Positions 14,747-24,826 of a stretch of DNA of 32,000 nucleotides are shown piece after piece. How positions within the stretch are numbered: the stretch's first letter is position 1; each line of letters starts with the position of its first letter. This DNA is from Candidatus Saccharimonadota bacterium (GTDB lineage: Bacteria; Patescibacteriota; Patescibacteriia; 2-12-FULL-60-25), in assembly GCA_016699205.1 (NCBI GenBank), contig CP064964.1, positions 360,001-392,000 on the forward strand. The letters run 5' to 3'. The notes under the pieces were generated by a model. That model was not told where the DNA came from, did no database searches, and worked only from the letters and a program-made list of their open reading frames with translations. A program made the translations under genes and the position numbers.

Positions 14747-14794
14747 AAAACAACGTGCCGAGATATTAGCGAACGGCTGCAATATCGTCAACGG

Positions 14795-14831
14795 AAAAGA
14801 CAAACCCCGGTCCAATGCACTCGGGCCGGGG
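14795..14831 (-). terminator. terminator after the receiver gene
   Basis: 9-bp stem CCCCGGTCC / GGGCCGGGG (one G-U pair), 9-nt loop; on the minus strand followed by TTTGTCTTTTCC. Confidence 0.5.
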
Positions 14832-14843
14832 TGTCAGGAGCCT

Positions 14844-15254
14844 CTAGGCGAGGCTGGTGATGAAGGTGTAGAGGTAGGACTCGAGGTCCTTCTTGTGGAC
14901 GGGCTTCTCGTCGACGAAGGCCTGTTTGGCCTCGATCTCAGCCTTGCGAGCATCGTCGAGCGCTCCGGTGAGGACGAGGCGCCAGATGAGCTTGGTTCCG
15001 AGCCTCTCGTCGAGCCTGTCGATGAGCACGGCGCCGGTCATGAGGGGCATGTCGTAGTCGGTGAGCAATCCCCACTCGGCCTCTGGCTCGATAGCCAAGA
15101 TGAGCTCGACGCTCTTGATGGCTTCCGGACCACTGTGCACGACGATCGTCTCGATGCTGCGGCCGCACTCGAGGAAATATCTACCGACGATGCGCATGTA
15201 GCTCCTGGTTACGAGCGCGTCATCATCCACGATCAGAAAGTACGCTTTTCCCAT
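14844..15254 (-). CDS. stand-alone response-regulator receiver (CheY-like)
   Basis: Track ORF 14844..15332; start ATG 15254 preceded by GGAGG (15263-15267, 8-nt spacer). LIVDDD, DYDMPLMTG, LVLTG and EKP match the REC Asp/Asp/Asp/Thr/Lys pattern; no output domain; strongly GC3-rich. Confidence 0.8.
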   Translation of the reverse strand: MGKAYFLIVDDDALVTRSYMRIVGRYFLECGRSIETIVVHSGPEAIKSVELILAIEPEAEWGLLTDYDMPLMTGAVLIDRLDERLGTKLIWRLVLTGALDDARKAEIEAKQAFVDEKPVHKKDLESYLYTFITSLA

Positions 15255-15285
15255 TTCTAGAACCTCCAGGTTTGCGGGACGTGTT

Positions 15286-15314
15286 TGTTTACCACTTCTT
15301 GAAGCTTTTGTCAA
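15286..15314 (-). promoter_or_regulatory. sigma70-like promoter for the receiver gene
   Basis: Minus strand TTGACA (15309-15314), 17 nt spacer, TAAACA (15286-15291). Confidence 0.4.
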
Positions 15315-15330
15315 TCGGACGATGCAACGC

Positions 15331-15349
15331 AAAAACCGCCCGGAGGCGG
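15331..15349 (-). terminator. rho-independent terminator ~160 nt downstream of the 16S 3' end
   Basis: Minus strand CCGCC-TCCG-GGCGG followed by TTTTTTG. Confidence 0.55.
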
Positions 15350-15368
15350 CTTCTTACTGCGGCTTAGG

Positions 15369-15399
15369 CAATAGAAGAGTGATTGGAGGATACTGGTCT
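15369..15399 (-). other. 3' half of the pre-16S processing stem
   Basis: 15369-15386 is the perfect reverse complement of 17048-17065 (18 bp); 15393-15399 pairs with 17035-17041 (7 bp) across an internal loop. Confidence 0.7.
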
Positions 15400-15507
15400 C
15401 TGTAATTGAATCTACTTATTCATGACACCTTCGAGGATGTCACGAATAGTTTAGAATCGACCTTCGGTTGTTGAAGTCAGCACATGGCTGAACTTAAAAC
15501 TCCCTAG

Positions 15508-16995
<1,488 letters not shown>

Positions 16996-17034
16996 ACCCA
17001 CAACGTCCCTGGCGGAACGTTGGGATCAAAGGAT

Positions 17035-17065
17035 AGACCAGATCTTTCCAATCACTCTTCTATTG
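17035..17065 (-). other. 5' half of the pre-16S processing stem (leader)
   Basis: Complement of 15369-15399, as described for that feature. Confidence 0.7.
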
Positions 17066-17122
17066 TCAAAGCGTCGCAGGAGAGTCCACAGGTTATCCGC
17101 GGAGTTCTCAAGATGTGCGGGA

Positions 17123-17151
17123 AGTTTAGAGAAATGCGCCGTAGCTGTCAA
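17123..17151 (-). promoter_or_regulatory. 16S rRNA promoter
   Basis: Minus strand TTGACA (17146-17151), 17 nt spacer, TAAACT (17123-17128), preceded by an A-rich UP-like stretch (GGAAAAATAAAGAGATTTCAAA). Confidence 0.5.
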
Positions 17152-17166
17152 GGGTTTGAAATCTCT

Positions 17167-17982
17167 TTATTTTTCCGCTTGGCTTAGGGCCAAAGTTAGA
17201 TCACGCCATTGGTCTGGGGAAAGGTCCTCTGCGCGAATCTTGGCGGAAATGCCTAATTCCTCTAGCTGATTGCCCTTGATTCCCAGGTTGGAAGCCAAGA
17301 GTTTGCGAGGATGGGCAAAGCCTTTCTTGGCCAGAGCCATGATGTACTCAGGGTCGATGCCCCAAATCGCCACGCGCTCCTCAATGGACATAGGACTTAC
17401 TCTTAGGACGGCTGACTCGACTTTAGGTGGCGGAAAAAATGCTCCTTGCGCAACACGTCTTACAAGACGCGTTTCATGCGATGCATACGCGACCATCAGC
17501 GAGAGCAGCGACTGTTTTTTATTCCGTGCAACAATTCTCTCCGCGACTTCACGCTGGATTAATACTACTAAATTATTAGGCGGATTTTTTGCGTAGAGTG
17601 CTTTGCGGATCGCGAGTGATGTTATCGAGTACGGAAGGTTGGAAACAAATTTCCACTCCCCTTCTCCGACTACAGCATCCCAATCGAGTTTTTCGGCATC
17701 GCCTTGCGTGATGTTCAAGTGTGCCGGGCATTTGTTTTCAAGATAGCCGATGAAGCGGCGGTCGCGTTCAATCGCCCTTACCTCTGCACCGACCTCAATT
17801 AAGGCACCTGTCAGTACACCGAGTCCTGGGCCGATCTCAAGCACCTGATCTCCTGGCTCGATTTCTGCCTCCTCGACGATCGAGGCGAGCGTGGTTTTAT
17901 CGATCAAAAAATGCTGGCCGAGACCTTTATTGGCCCCGCCGCCGAATTGGGCTAGAACAGCCTTGATTTCCGTAGGATTCAT
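17167..17982 (-). CDS. rsmA: 16S rRNA (adenine1518/1519-N6)-dimethyltransferase
   Basis: 271 aa; KGLGQHFL, VLEIGPGLGVLT SAM motif, SNLPY; typical KsgA length. Confidence 0.9.
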   Translation of the reverse strand: MNPTEIKAVLAQFGGGANKGLGQHFLIDKTTLASIVEEAEIEPGDQVLEIGPGLGVLTGALIEVGAEVRAIERDRRFIGYLENKCPAHLNITQGDAEKLDWDAVVGEGEWKFVSNLPYSITSLAIRKALYAKNPPNNLVVLIQREVAERIVARNKKQSLLSLMVAYASHETRLVRRVAQGAFFPPPKVESAVLRVSPMSIEERVAIWGIDPEYIMALAKKGFAHPRKLLASNLGIKGNQLEELGISAKIRAEDLSPDQWRDLTLALSQAEK

Positions 17983-17983
17983 T

Positions 17984-19636
17984 CTAAAATCGGGAGAGTG
18001 CCTCTAAGGCTCGGGCATTGCTCATGGTCCATTGGCGGGCATCGGATAAAGCACTCTTCAATCCCGCCTGATAAAATACACGGATTCCGGAATTTAAATC
18101 CGTTAAATAGCATTCCGTGGGAGCTGGTCTGAACCAATCCGTCATATACTCAGCCGTCTCATTGTTGTATTCGTCGTACTGGGCTGGGCTGACAGAAAGC
18201 TTGTAACGATTTCTGGTGGCTTCGTTGAATGCATCGAGTTGTGTTTTTGCCTGTTCGTATTTTTTGGCCGAAGCTCTCAGGAACAGAATTAGCTGCGTAT
18301 TCATGCGACCGCAATCGATTTTCTCATCCGCCGACTGACTTTTCAACCAGGCGAGATAGGCGGGCATCGCGTCCGACGAGAGCGTAGCTGGGTAGAAGTA
18401 GTCAGCCTGGACAAGCTCGGTAGCTGAGCGATTCGCATTCCAATTGACGACCACGGATTCATAGTTGAGCAACAACATGGCTGAAAACGCATACAGACAG
18501 CCGAGGGCAAGGAATTTTAAAACCGATTCAAATGAAGCTTTGGCCGCAATCCAAGCACCAAAAACAAGCAAGCCAACTGCCGCAAGAATCAATCCTGTGA
18601 ATGCCCAGAAACGGAGAACGCTCATGCCGTAGGCGTCGATGTAGAGCGTGAAGCGCTTCATCGCAGAAGCGATTACGATCAAGGATTGGAGGATGAGTCC
18701 AAGGGAGAGCAGACGGACCGCGAGAGATTTAAATCGGGTGAGATGGCCAATTCCGCAAATAATCGCAAAGACAAATACTGAGACGGTGAAGAGCTGGAAG
18801 AATCCTTCGCGTGCATAACTTGCATACGTGATTCCGTACGACTCAATTATTTCTTTTCCTCCAAAGAAATAGACAAACTGGAAGGCGATGAATCCAAGAA
18901 AAAGCAGGTTCAAAGCCGAGAGAAAAGACGTGCTTGCAATCGAATAGCCTTCCGGTTTTTGCTCCAACCATCGAGGTTCTCGTTTATGCTCGATGCGAGT
19001 GATGTTACTCCAGAGAAATCTAAGTAGATAGTAACCGATGATGATATCGGCCATGACTTGAACGTAAAGTTTTGCCGGATTCTGAATATCGATGATTTCA
19101 CGCAATACTTTGCCCAGTAACGCGTCAGCCGAGATAAACAGGGCCAGGAAGATCAGCAGGAACGGGACAGCGATTGCCGCCCCGATCAACACTTGGCGCC
19201 CCTGCGTAGAGAAAGACAGCTTGGAGGCAGGACCTGCTCCTTCAATCGGAACGAGCGTCTCCATAAATAAACGACTCGGCCAAAACGATGGCAGCGTTTT
19301 TAGAGATGTCTTGGGCGCAAATAGCCAATAGGAAAAGAGAGCCAGGCTTACAACCGTAAGCAGCTGGCCAAGCGACTGAACAACGTCATTTGAGTAGAGC
19401 AGGTCCGAGATCAGCCCGAGCACCAACGGACCGAGAAAGGCGTAGGCCCAGAGATTCTGCGACTCTGCATGCACTTGCCTGACGATAATAAGCAGGAGCG
19501 TGATCAATGTGATAAAAAGCGCAAAAGGCCATCCAAACGGATACTCATAGACGAGCGCATGAAAGACGCCCGTTAATACGATCGCAGAGGCAATCACGAG
19601 ATAAGCGAACCGCATTTCTCTGTTCATATATTCCAT
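17984..19636 (-). CDS. polytopic membrane protein with C-terminal soluble domain (DUF4153/DUF4173-like, tentative)
   Basis: Track ORF to 19639 (TTG); first ATG at 19636; at least 10 hydrophobic helices followed by a ~150-aa hydrophilic tail; stop is 1 nt before the rsmA ATG. Confidence 0.7.
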   Translation of the reverse strand: MEYMNREMRFAYLVIASAIVLTGVFHALVYEYPFGWPFALFITLITLLLIIVRQVHAESQNLWAYAFLGPLVLGLISDLLYSNDVVQSLGQLLTVVSLALFSYWLFAPKTSLKTLPSFWPSRLFMETLVPIEGAGPASKLSFSTQGRQVLIGAAIAVPFLLIFLALFISADALLGKVLREIIDIQNPAKLYVQVMADIIIGYYLLRFLWSNITRIEHKREPRWLEQKPEGYSIASTSFLSALNLLFLGFIAFQFVYFFGGKEIIESYGITYASYAREGFFQLFTVSVFVFAIICGIGHLTRFKSLAVRLLSLGLILQSLIVIASAMKRFTLYIDAYGMSVLRFWAFTGLILAAVGLLVFGAWIAAKASFESVLKFLALGCLYAFSAMLLLNYESVVVNWNANRSATELVQADYFYPATLSSDAMPAYLAWLKSQSADEKIDCGRMNTQLILFLRASAKKYEQAKTQLDAFNEATRNRYKLSVSPAQYDEYNNETAEYMTDWFRPAPTECYLTDLNSGIRVFYQAGLKSALSDARQWTMSNARALEALSRF

Positions 19637-19668
19637 CAATATCCCACTGTCGCTACATTGGCAACATT

Positions 19669-20802
19669 TTATTCCTCCTCATTCAATTCCGCACGCAAAT
19701 CTCTCCCCTCTGCCTGCGCGCGAAGATAGCCTTCCACAAAGCGGTCGAGATCACCGCCAAGCACGGCATCGGTATCAGCCGTTTCAACGCCTGTGCGATG
19801 GTCTTTCACCATATGATACGGGTGAATGACATAGGAACGGATCTGGCTCCCCCACTCAGCGCTTTGATATTCTCCGCGAAGCTTGAGTTTTTCTTTCTGT
19901 AATTCTTCTTCTTTGAGTTTCAGGAGCTTGGACTTCAAGATCTTCATCGCGGTTTCGCGATTTTGGGTTTGGGAACGCTCGTTCTGGCATGTAACCGTGA
20001 TCTTGGTCGGGATATGGACAATACGGACGGCGGAATAGGTCGTGTTTACCGACTGACCGCCTTTGCCGCCGCTCATAAAGGTATCGATGCGGAGATCTTT
20101 AGGATCAATCTCGATATCAATGCTTTCGTCGATTTCCGGAACGACTTCGACAAGCGCGAAAGAGGTCTGACGGAGAGCATCGGAGTTAAAGGGCGATTGG
20201 CGGACGAGGCGATGAACGCCGTGCTCCGACTTCAAGTGGCCGTAGGCGTAGCGACCGGTAATTTCAAACGTAGCCGATTTGATACCGGCTTCTCCGCCGC
20301 GGGATTCATCAAGCAGACGGACATGCCAGCCTTTGTTCTCGGCGTATCGGAAGAACATGCGCATGAGCATCTCGGCCCAGTCCTGAGCATCGGTACCGCC
20401 GGCGCCAGCGTGGATCGAAAGGATGGCGTTTTTCTCGTCGTAATTACCAGAGAAAAGCAGGGTGAATTCCAGATCGATGTAATGCTTCTCAAGTTCACCG
20501 AGACGCTTCTCGACATCTGCAGAGACAGACTCATCCTTATCGGCGATCGCCATGCCGAGCAATTCCTGATTATCCATGATCGCCATCCGGATATTGTTCC
20601 AAGAATCGTATTCCTTTTTGAGCTCAGCAAGCTCTTGGGATTCGCGCTTGGCGCGGTCCTGGTCGCTCCAAAAATCCGGAGCATTACTCTCGGCTTCCAG
20701 GGCAGCCATTTCTTTCTTTACGGCATCCAATTGCAAGATGCGCCAAGCCTCGTCAATCTTGGAGCGCAGTGCGTCGGCACGGGCAAGCAAATCACCTAAC
20801 AT
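19669..20802 (-). CDS. prfB: peptide chain release factor 2, no programmed frameshift
   Basis: SPF tripeptide, GGQ motif (SGGKGGQSVN), RF2-type domain order. Track ORF starts at TTG 20838; ATG 20802 gives the N-terminal length expected for RF2. The frame is continuous through the region where E. coli has CUU UGA C. Confidence 0.9.
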   Translation of the reverse strand: MLGDLLARADALRSKIDEAWRILQLDAVKKEMAALEAESNAPDFWSDQDRAKRESQELAELKKEYDSWNNIRMAIMDNQELLGMAIADKDESVSADVEKRLGELEKHYIDLEFTLLFSGNYDEKNAILSIHAGAGGTDAQDWAEMLMRMFFRYAENKGWHVRLLDESRGGEAGIKSATFEITGRYAYGHLKSEHGVHRLVRQSPFNSDALRQTSFALVEVVPEIDESIDIEIDPKDLRIDTFMSGGKGGQSVNTTYSAVRIVHIPTKITVTCQNERSQTQNRETAMKILKSKLLKLKEEELQKEKLKLRGEYQSAEWGSQIRSYVIHPYHMVKDHRTGVETADTDAVLGGDLDRFVEGYLRAQAEGRDLRAELNEEE

Positions 20803-20914
20803 GGGGCTTACTATCGCAAAAAACCGGTCTTTCGACAACCCTTGACAAAACGCGTATTTTGTTATTAGCTACTCTCTCGTCCAAGCGGCGAGCTGCCCTT
20901 TCAAGGAGACTACC

Positions 20915-21169
20915 GTGTCAGAACGCCTGGTGCGTGAACTCTTGAGTGCGACCTACCCGCGGATTCGTCAGGCGGGCAAGGGATGGGCGCTTGAGAGCGC
21001 GCCCGATGTTCTTACGCCGGTACCCAATCCGGAGGACAAGCTCGCTTACGTGCTCCTACAGGCGGGTATGAGCAAGGAGCAGATCCGGAACGTGCAGATC
21101 GCGCTGCAGAAGCTCGTGCCGGTTCCGCCGGATCCGGCGACGATCTTCTACCTCGAGCATCTTCTCTGA
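20915..21169 (+). CDS. hypothetical small protein (84 aa)
   Basis: GTG start 6 nt after AAGGAG (20903-20908); GC3-rich; TGA stop followed by a strong hairpin. Confidence 0.5.
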   Translation: MSERLVRELLSATYPRIRQAGKGWALESAPDVLTPVPNPEDKLAYVLLQAGMSKEQIRNVQIALQKLVPVPPDPATIFYLEHLL

Positions 21170-21174
21170 AACAA

Positions 21175-21203
21175 AGGCCCCGAACGTCTGACGTTCGGGG
21201 CCT
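21175..21203. terminator. bidirectional hairpin terminator
   Basis: AGGCCCCGAACGT / ACGTTCGGGGCCT 13-bp stem followed by TTCTTGTTTT; between convergent stops 21169 and 21219. Confidence 0.7.
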
Positions 21204-21218
21204 TTCTTGTTTTGGTGA

Positions 21219-22295
21219 TTACTCGGCAGCTTCAGCGCCCATATCATCTTGCAATTGGATGAAGTCTTGTGTGAGGCGGGTTTTATCGACCATGGCTTGT
21301 TCAGAACGTGTAAGCGGTTGATTGGCCCAAGCGGCCCAAATCGTCGGCAGGACTTCCGATAAGGCTTTGGCGGCGTAAGTCCGATCGTTCATCTCAGGAG
21401 AACCGGATTTCATCAGTCGATTCAGCTCGTGAAGCACCTGGCTGCGCGTTGGGCGGTTCACGGTGGAGCGGATGCCGCCGGCGCGATCAAGACGGACGCC
21501 GCCCGTAAGCAGCAACGCTTCAAGCTCAAGCTGCCAACGCTGCTGGTCGATAGCCATCGCTCCGACGCGCTTCAAGGCCTCGCCAGCTTTTCTTGAGTCA
21601 GATGAGGGAGAAACAAAGGCGTCGGCGAGTTCACCTGGAACGTAGACCGTGGTGTTAAGCGCGCGCACTTTCCCCTCGCCTGGCGCATCAAAGGCTTCTC
21701 CAGCTTCTTCCGCACGCGTGTCATACCAATACAATCGGGAAAGGTTGAGATTGTCGCCAACGAGACGCTGCATGTCGCGCATCTGTTTTACTTTGGCTTC
21801 ATCCGGATTCAGGGTTACGTCGACAGCAACGGGATAGACGATGCGCTCATTCTCTTCATCAAGACCCGTGTACATCACGAGCGCGTCGGTACCGCGGAGA
21901 ATGTCGTCGAGATCTGAAGGTTCATACGCAAAGGCGCGACCTTCCGTGACAGAGTTTTTGCCACCGAGCACGCCGTCGGCGTCCAAGGTCTCCAAGACCA
22001 TGTACTCGGCAAAGGCGGCGCCTTCCGAGCCATACATGCCTGCGCCCTGATGGCCGCGGCGGCGCTTCAAATACTCCTCAACATCGTTCTTGTCCGGTCG
22101 TAAGCGATTCCCATTGTCATTTGGGTTCCAAAGAACCTGATGTTTGCGCCATCGACGAACCAGCTCAAGTTGCTCCGTGCGCAGCTCGCTCTCTGTTTTC
22201 AGTTTTTTGACGTTAAACTTCTTGGCGACCGCGCCCCCTCCCATTCCGCCATCAGCTGGAGCCATCAGCGGGCCGCGTTCGAAGGGATTTTTCAT
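21219..22295 (-). CDS. hypothetical protein (358 aa, no recognised domain)
   Basis: Long ORF with native-like codon usage, flanked by terminators; ATG 22295. Confidence 0.6.
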   Translation of the reverse strand: MKNPFERGPLMAPADGGMGGGAVAKKFNVKKLKTESELRTEQLELVRRWRKHQVLWNPNDNGNRLRPDKNDVEEYLKRRRGHQGAGMYGSEGAAFAEYMVLETLDADGVLGGKNSVTEGRAFAYEPSDLDDILRGTDALVMYTGLDEENERIVYPVAVDVTLNPDEAKVKQMRDMQRLVGDNLNLSRLYWYDTRAEEAGEAFDAPGEGKVRALNTTVYVPGELADAFVSPSSDSRKAGEALKRVGAMAIDQQRWQLELEALLLTGGVRLDRAGGIRSTVNRPTRSQVLHELNRLMKSGSPEMNDRTYAAKALSEVLPTIWAAWANQPLTRSEQAMVDKTRLTQDFIQLQDDMGAEAAE

Positions 22296-22307
22296 AGCAA
22301 TATCTTA

Positions 22308-22316
22308 ATAATAACA
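22308..22316 (-). promoter_or_regulatory. extended -10 element (TGtTATTAT) upstream of 21219..22295
   Basis: Minus strand TGTTATTAT, 12 nt before ATG 22295; no SD. Confidence 0.3.
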
Positions 22317-22348
22317 AAAAATCCGCCAGTTGTCCAGCGGATCTTTTT
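22316..22348. terminator. rho-independent terminator (A-run and T-run on both sides)
   Basis: AAAAAA-ATCCGC-(10-nt loop)-GCGGAT-CTTTTT; downstream of stop 22363 on the minus strand. Confidence 0.65.
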
Positions 22349-22362
22349 CTCTAAAGACGGAA

Positions 22363-22737
22363 TTAGATGTTGATGTTCTTGCGGAGCGCGCCAAGAACCG
22401 GCACTTCCCAGAATTCACCCATCAAACACTTGATGATGGCGATGAGGTTCAAGATCACGAGGACGAGCCAAGCCAACCAACCAATCAACGGAATCCAGAA
22501 GATAAACATTCCTACCAAGCCGATGATGAACATGACCAAGCCTTGCTTGGCGTGTTCCTGGGCAAACTTGGAATCCTTTTTAAGGAAAAGCGGAATGAAA
22601 ACGAGAATCCAGAGATAGGACAAAGCGGCAAGCACTTTGTTGTCATCAATGTCCTTTTTGTCGAAGTGCGGCATAGCGGTAGCGGGTTTCGGAGCTTCGC
22701 TGTGAGCGTGCTCGGAACCAGGCGTGTTGTTTTCCAT
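22363..22737 (-). CDS. DUF4870-like small membrane protein
   Basis: 124 aa; AALSYLWILVFIPLFLKKDSKFAQEHAKQGLV... pattern and three hydrophobic helices. Confidence 0.65.
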   Translation of the reverse strand: MENNTPGSEHAHSEAPKPATAMPHFDKKDIDDNKVLAALSYLWILVFIPLFLKKDSKFAQEHAKQGLVMFIIGLVGMFIFWIPLIGWLAWLVLVILNLIAIIKCLMGEFWEVPVLGALRKNINI

Positions 22738-22745
22738 ACGGCAGT

Positions 22746-22774
22746 AGTATACAGGAAATCAAAGTCTCGATCAA
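22746..22774 (-). promoter_or_regulatory. sigma70-like promoter for 22363..22737
   Basis: Minus strand TTGATC (22769-22774), 17 nt spacer, TATACT (22746-22751), 8 nt before the ATG; no SD. Confidence 0.4.
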
Positions 22775-22775
22775 G

Positions 22776-22801
22776 TAAAAACGGGCTATTAGCCCGTTTT
22801 T
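22776..22801. terminator. rho-independent terminator after groEL
   Basis: AAAAACGGGCT-ATT-AGCCCGTTTTT perfect palindrome, 3 nt from the groEL stop. Confidence 0.7.
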
Positions 22802-22804
22802 AGC

Positions 22805-24304
22805 CTAAAACCCCATCCCTCCGCCCATGCCTCCCATGCCACCGCCGTGGTCATGTCCAACCTCTTCCTTCTTTGGCTTATCCGCAATCACGCATTCCGT
22901 TGTGAGGAATAATGCGGCTACGGAAGTAGCGTTCTGAAGGGCAAAGCGCGTGACTTTGGCCGGGTCGATGATGCCAGCTTCCACCATGTCTTCGTAACGA
23001 TCCGCATCGGCATTATAGCCCATGTTGCCGGAAAGCTTTTTTACCTCCTCGACGACCACGGAGCCGTCTTTACCGGCGTTATTAGCGATCGTCTTCAATG
23101 GTTCCTCGATGGCGCGGCGCAAAATGCCGACACCGATCTTTTCTTCACCTTCAACTTGAAGCGTGTCGAGTACCTTGATGGCGCGGATCAATGCGACACC
23201 GCCACCTGGAACAATCCCTTCTTCAATCGCGGCTTTGGTGGCAGCAATTGCGTCCTCGATGCGATGCTTCTTTTCTTTCATTTCAACTTCCGTTGCAGCA
23301 CCCACTTTGATCACACCAACGCCGCCCATGAGCTTGGCTTGGCGCTCGACCAACTTTTCTTTGTCGAACGATGAGTCCGTATTTTCGATTTGATTGCGGA
23401 TAGCGGAAGCGCGGGCTTCAATGGCGGTTTTATCGCCTTTGCCATCGACAAGCGTGGTTGAATCTTTTGTCGAAATAACTTTGCGTGCAGAACCAAGATC
23501 CTCAACTTCAACCGAGTCGAGCTTGCGGCCGACATCTTCCGTGATAAACGTGGCGCCTGTGACAATCGCGATATCCTGAAGCATTTCCTTGCGGCGATCG
23601 CCAAAGCCCGGAGCCTTGATGACGAGCGCATTAAACATTCCACGGAGCTTGTTCAAGACAAGAGCGGCAAGAGCTTCATTATCGATATCATCGGAAATAA
23701 TGACGAGTTCTTTGCGTCCCAACTTGAGAAGCTTTTCCAAGAGCGGAAGAAGATCATTGAAAGAAACAATTTTCTTATCCGTCACGAGAACGTAAGGATC
23801 AGCGTACTCTGCTTCCATGCGGTCCTGATTGGTGACCATGTAATGTGAAGCGTAGCCGCGGTCGATGCGCATGCCTTTTACAACTTCTTTGGTGATGCCA
23901 AACGCCTGACCTTCCTCGACCGTGATCACGCCCTCCTCCCCCATCTCAGCCACAATCTCGGCGATGGTTTTGCCGATTTCCTTGTCGTTGGCAGAGATCG
24001 AGGCGACATTCTCGATCATATCACCCTTAACCGGCTGTGCGACTTTGTCGCGGAGCTCGGTGACGAGCGCTTCAACGGCTTTTTCCATGCCGCGCTTTAC
24101 TGCCAATGGCGAGGCGCCGGCCGTGATGTTCTTGATACCTTCCGCGATCATCGCCTGAGCGAGAACGGTGGCTGTGGTTGTACCGTCGCCAGCGACATCG
24201 TTGGTTTTGGAAGCGACTTCTTTTACGAGTTCCGCGCCCATGTTTTCAAGCTCGTCCTCAAGCTCGATTTCTTTTGCGACAGTTACGCCGTCTTTGGTAA
24301 TCAT
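22805..24304 (-). CDS. groEL: chaperonin GroEL, residues 47 to end (longest uninterrupted ORF)
   Basis: [17 protein letters not shown]...[14 protein letters not shown]...C-terminal GGM repeats ([13 protein letters not shown]); TAG stop. Confidence 0.9.
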   Translation of the reverse strand: MITKDGVTVAKEIELEDELENMGAELVKEVASKTNDVAGDGTTTATVLAQAMIAEGIKNITAGASPLAVKRGMEKAVEALVTELRDKVAQPVKGDMIENVASISANDKEIGKTIAEIVAEMGEEGVITVEEGQAFGITKEVVKGMRIDRGYASHYMVTNQDRMEAEYADPYVLVTDKKIVSFNDLLPLLEKLLKLGRKELVIISDDIDNEALAALVLNKLRGMFNALVIKAPGFGDRRKEMLQDIAIVTGATFITEDVGRKLDSVEVEDLGSARKVISTKDSTTLVDGKGDKTAIEARASAIRNQIENTDSSFDKEKLVERQAKLMGGVGVIKVGAATEVEMKEKKHRIEDAIAATKAAIEEGIVPGGGVALIRAIKVLDTLQVEGEEKIGVGILRRAIEEPLKTIANNAGKDGSVVVEEVKKLSGNMGYNADADRYEDMVEAGIIDPAKVTRFALQNATSVAALFLTTECVIADKPKKEEVGHDHGGGMGGMGGGMGF

Positions 24305-24313
24305 CGGCGATCC

Positions 24314-24740
<427 letters not shown>

Positions 24741-24754
24741 ATAAGTAACGTAGT

Positions 24755-24782
24755 TTTATACTAAAAAATGGCTAACGGTCAA
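24755..24782 (-). promoter_or_regulatory. sigma70-like promoter for groES-groEL (no CIRCE)
   Basis: Minus strand TTGACC (24777-24782), 16 nt spacer, TATAAA (24755-24760), 14 nt before the ATG. Confidence 0.45.
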
Positions 24783-24790
24783 GATTTCGA

Positions 24791-24819
24791 AAGCCCCGCA
24801 CCAGATGGGTGCGGGGCTT
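24791..24819 (-). terminator. 12-bp hairpin after the PAS-GGDEF gene
   Basis: AAGCCCCGCACC / GGTGCGGGGCTT, 5-nt loop; weak U-tract on the minus strand. Confidence 0.5.
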
Positions 24820-24826
24820 CAGATAG

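Noticed and set aside
14739-15260. 173-aa plus-strand ORF.
   Set aside because: It starts inside tRNA-Val and lies antisense to the receiver gene, whose REC motifs are unambiguous.
20690-20760. Programmed +1 frameshift site expected in prfB (CUU UGA C).
   Set aside because: The frame is continuous here (KIDEAWRILQLDAVKK) with no in-frame UGA. This RF2 gene is of the non-frameshifting type.
19963-20799. Long antisense ORFs opposite prfB (278 aa), the PAS-HGDEF gene (25115..25864, 249 aa), the VirD4-like gene (31051..31989, 312 aa), rfbB (3875..4483), the rml fusion (5688..6281) and GT2 (1601..2227).
   Set aside because: Each is opposite a gene with clear family motifs, has no start signals, and has low-complexity composition typical of antisense frames.
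24741-24826. CIRCE/HrcA operator (TTAGCACTC-N9-GAGTGCTAA) upstream of groES.
   Set aside because: No match is present. Only a sigma70-like promoter and the terminator hairpin of the upstream gene are found.
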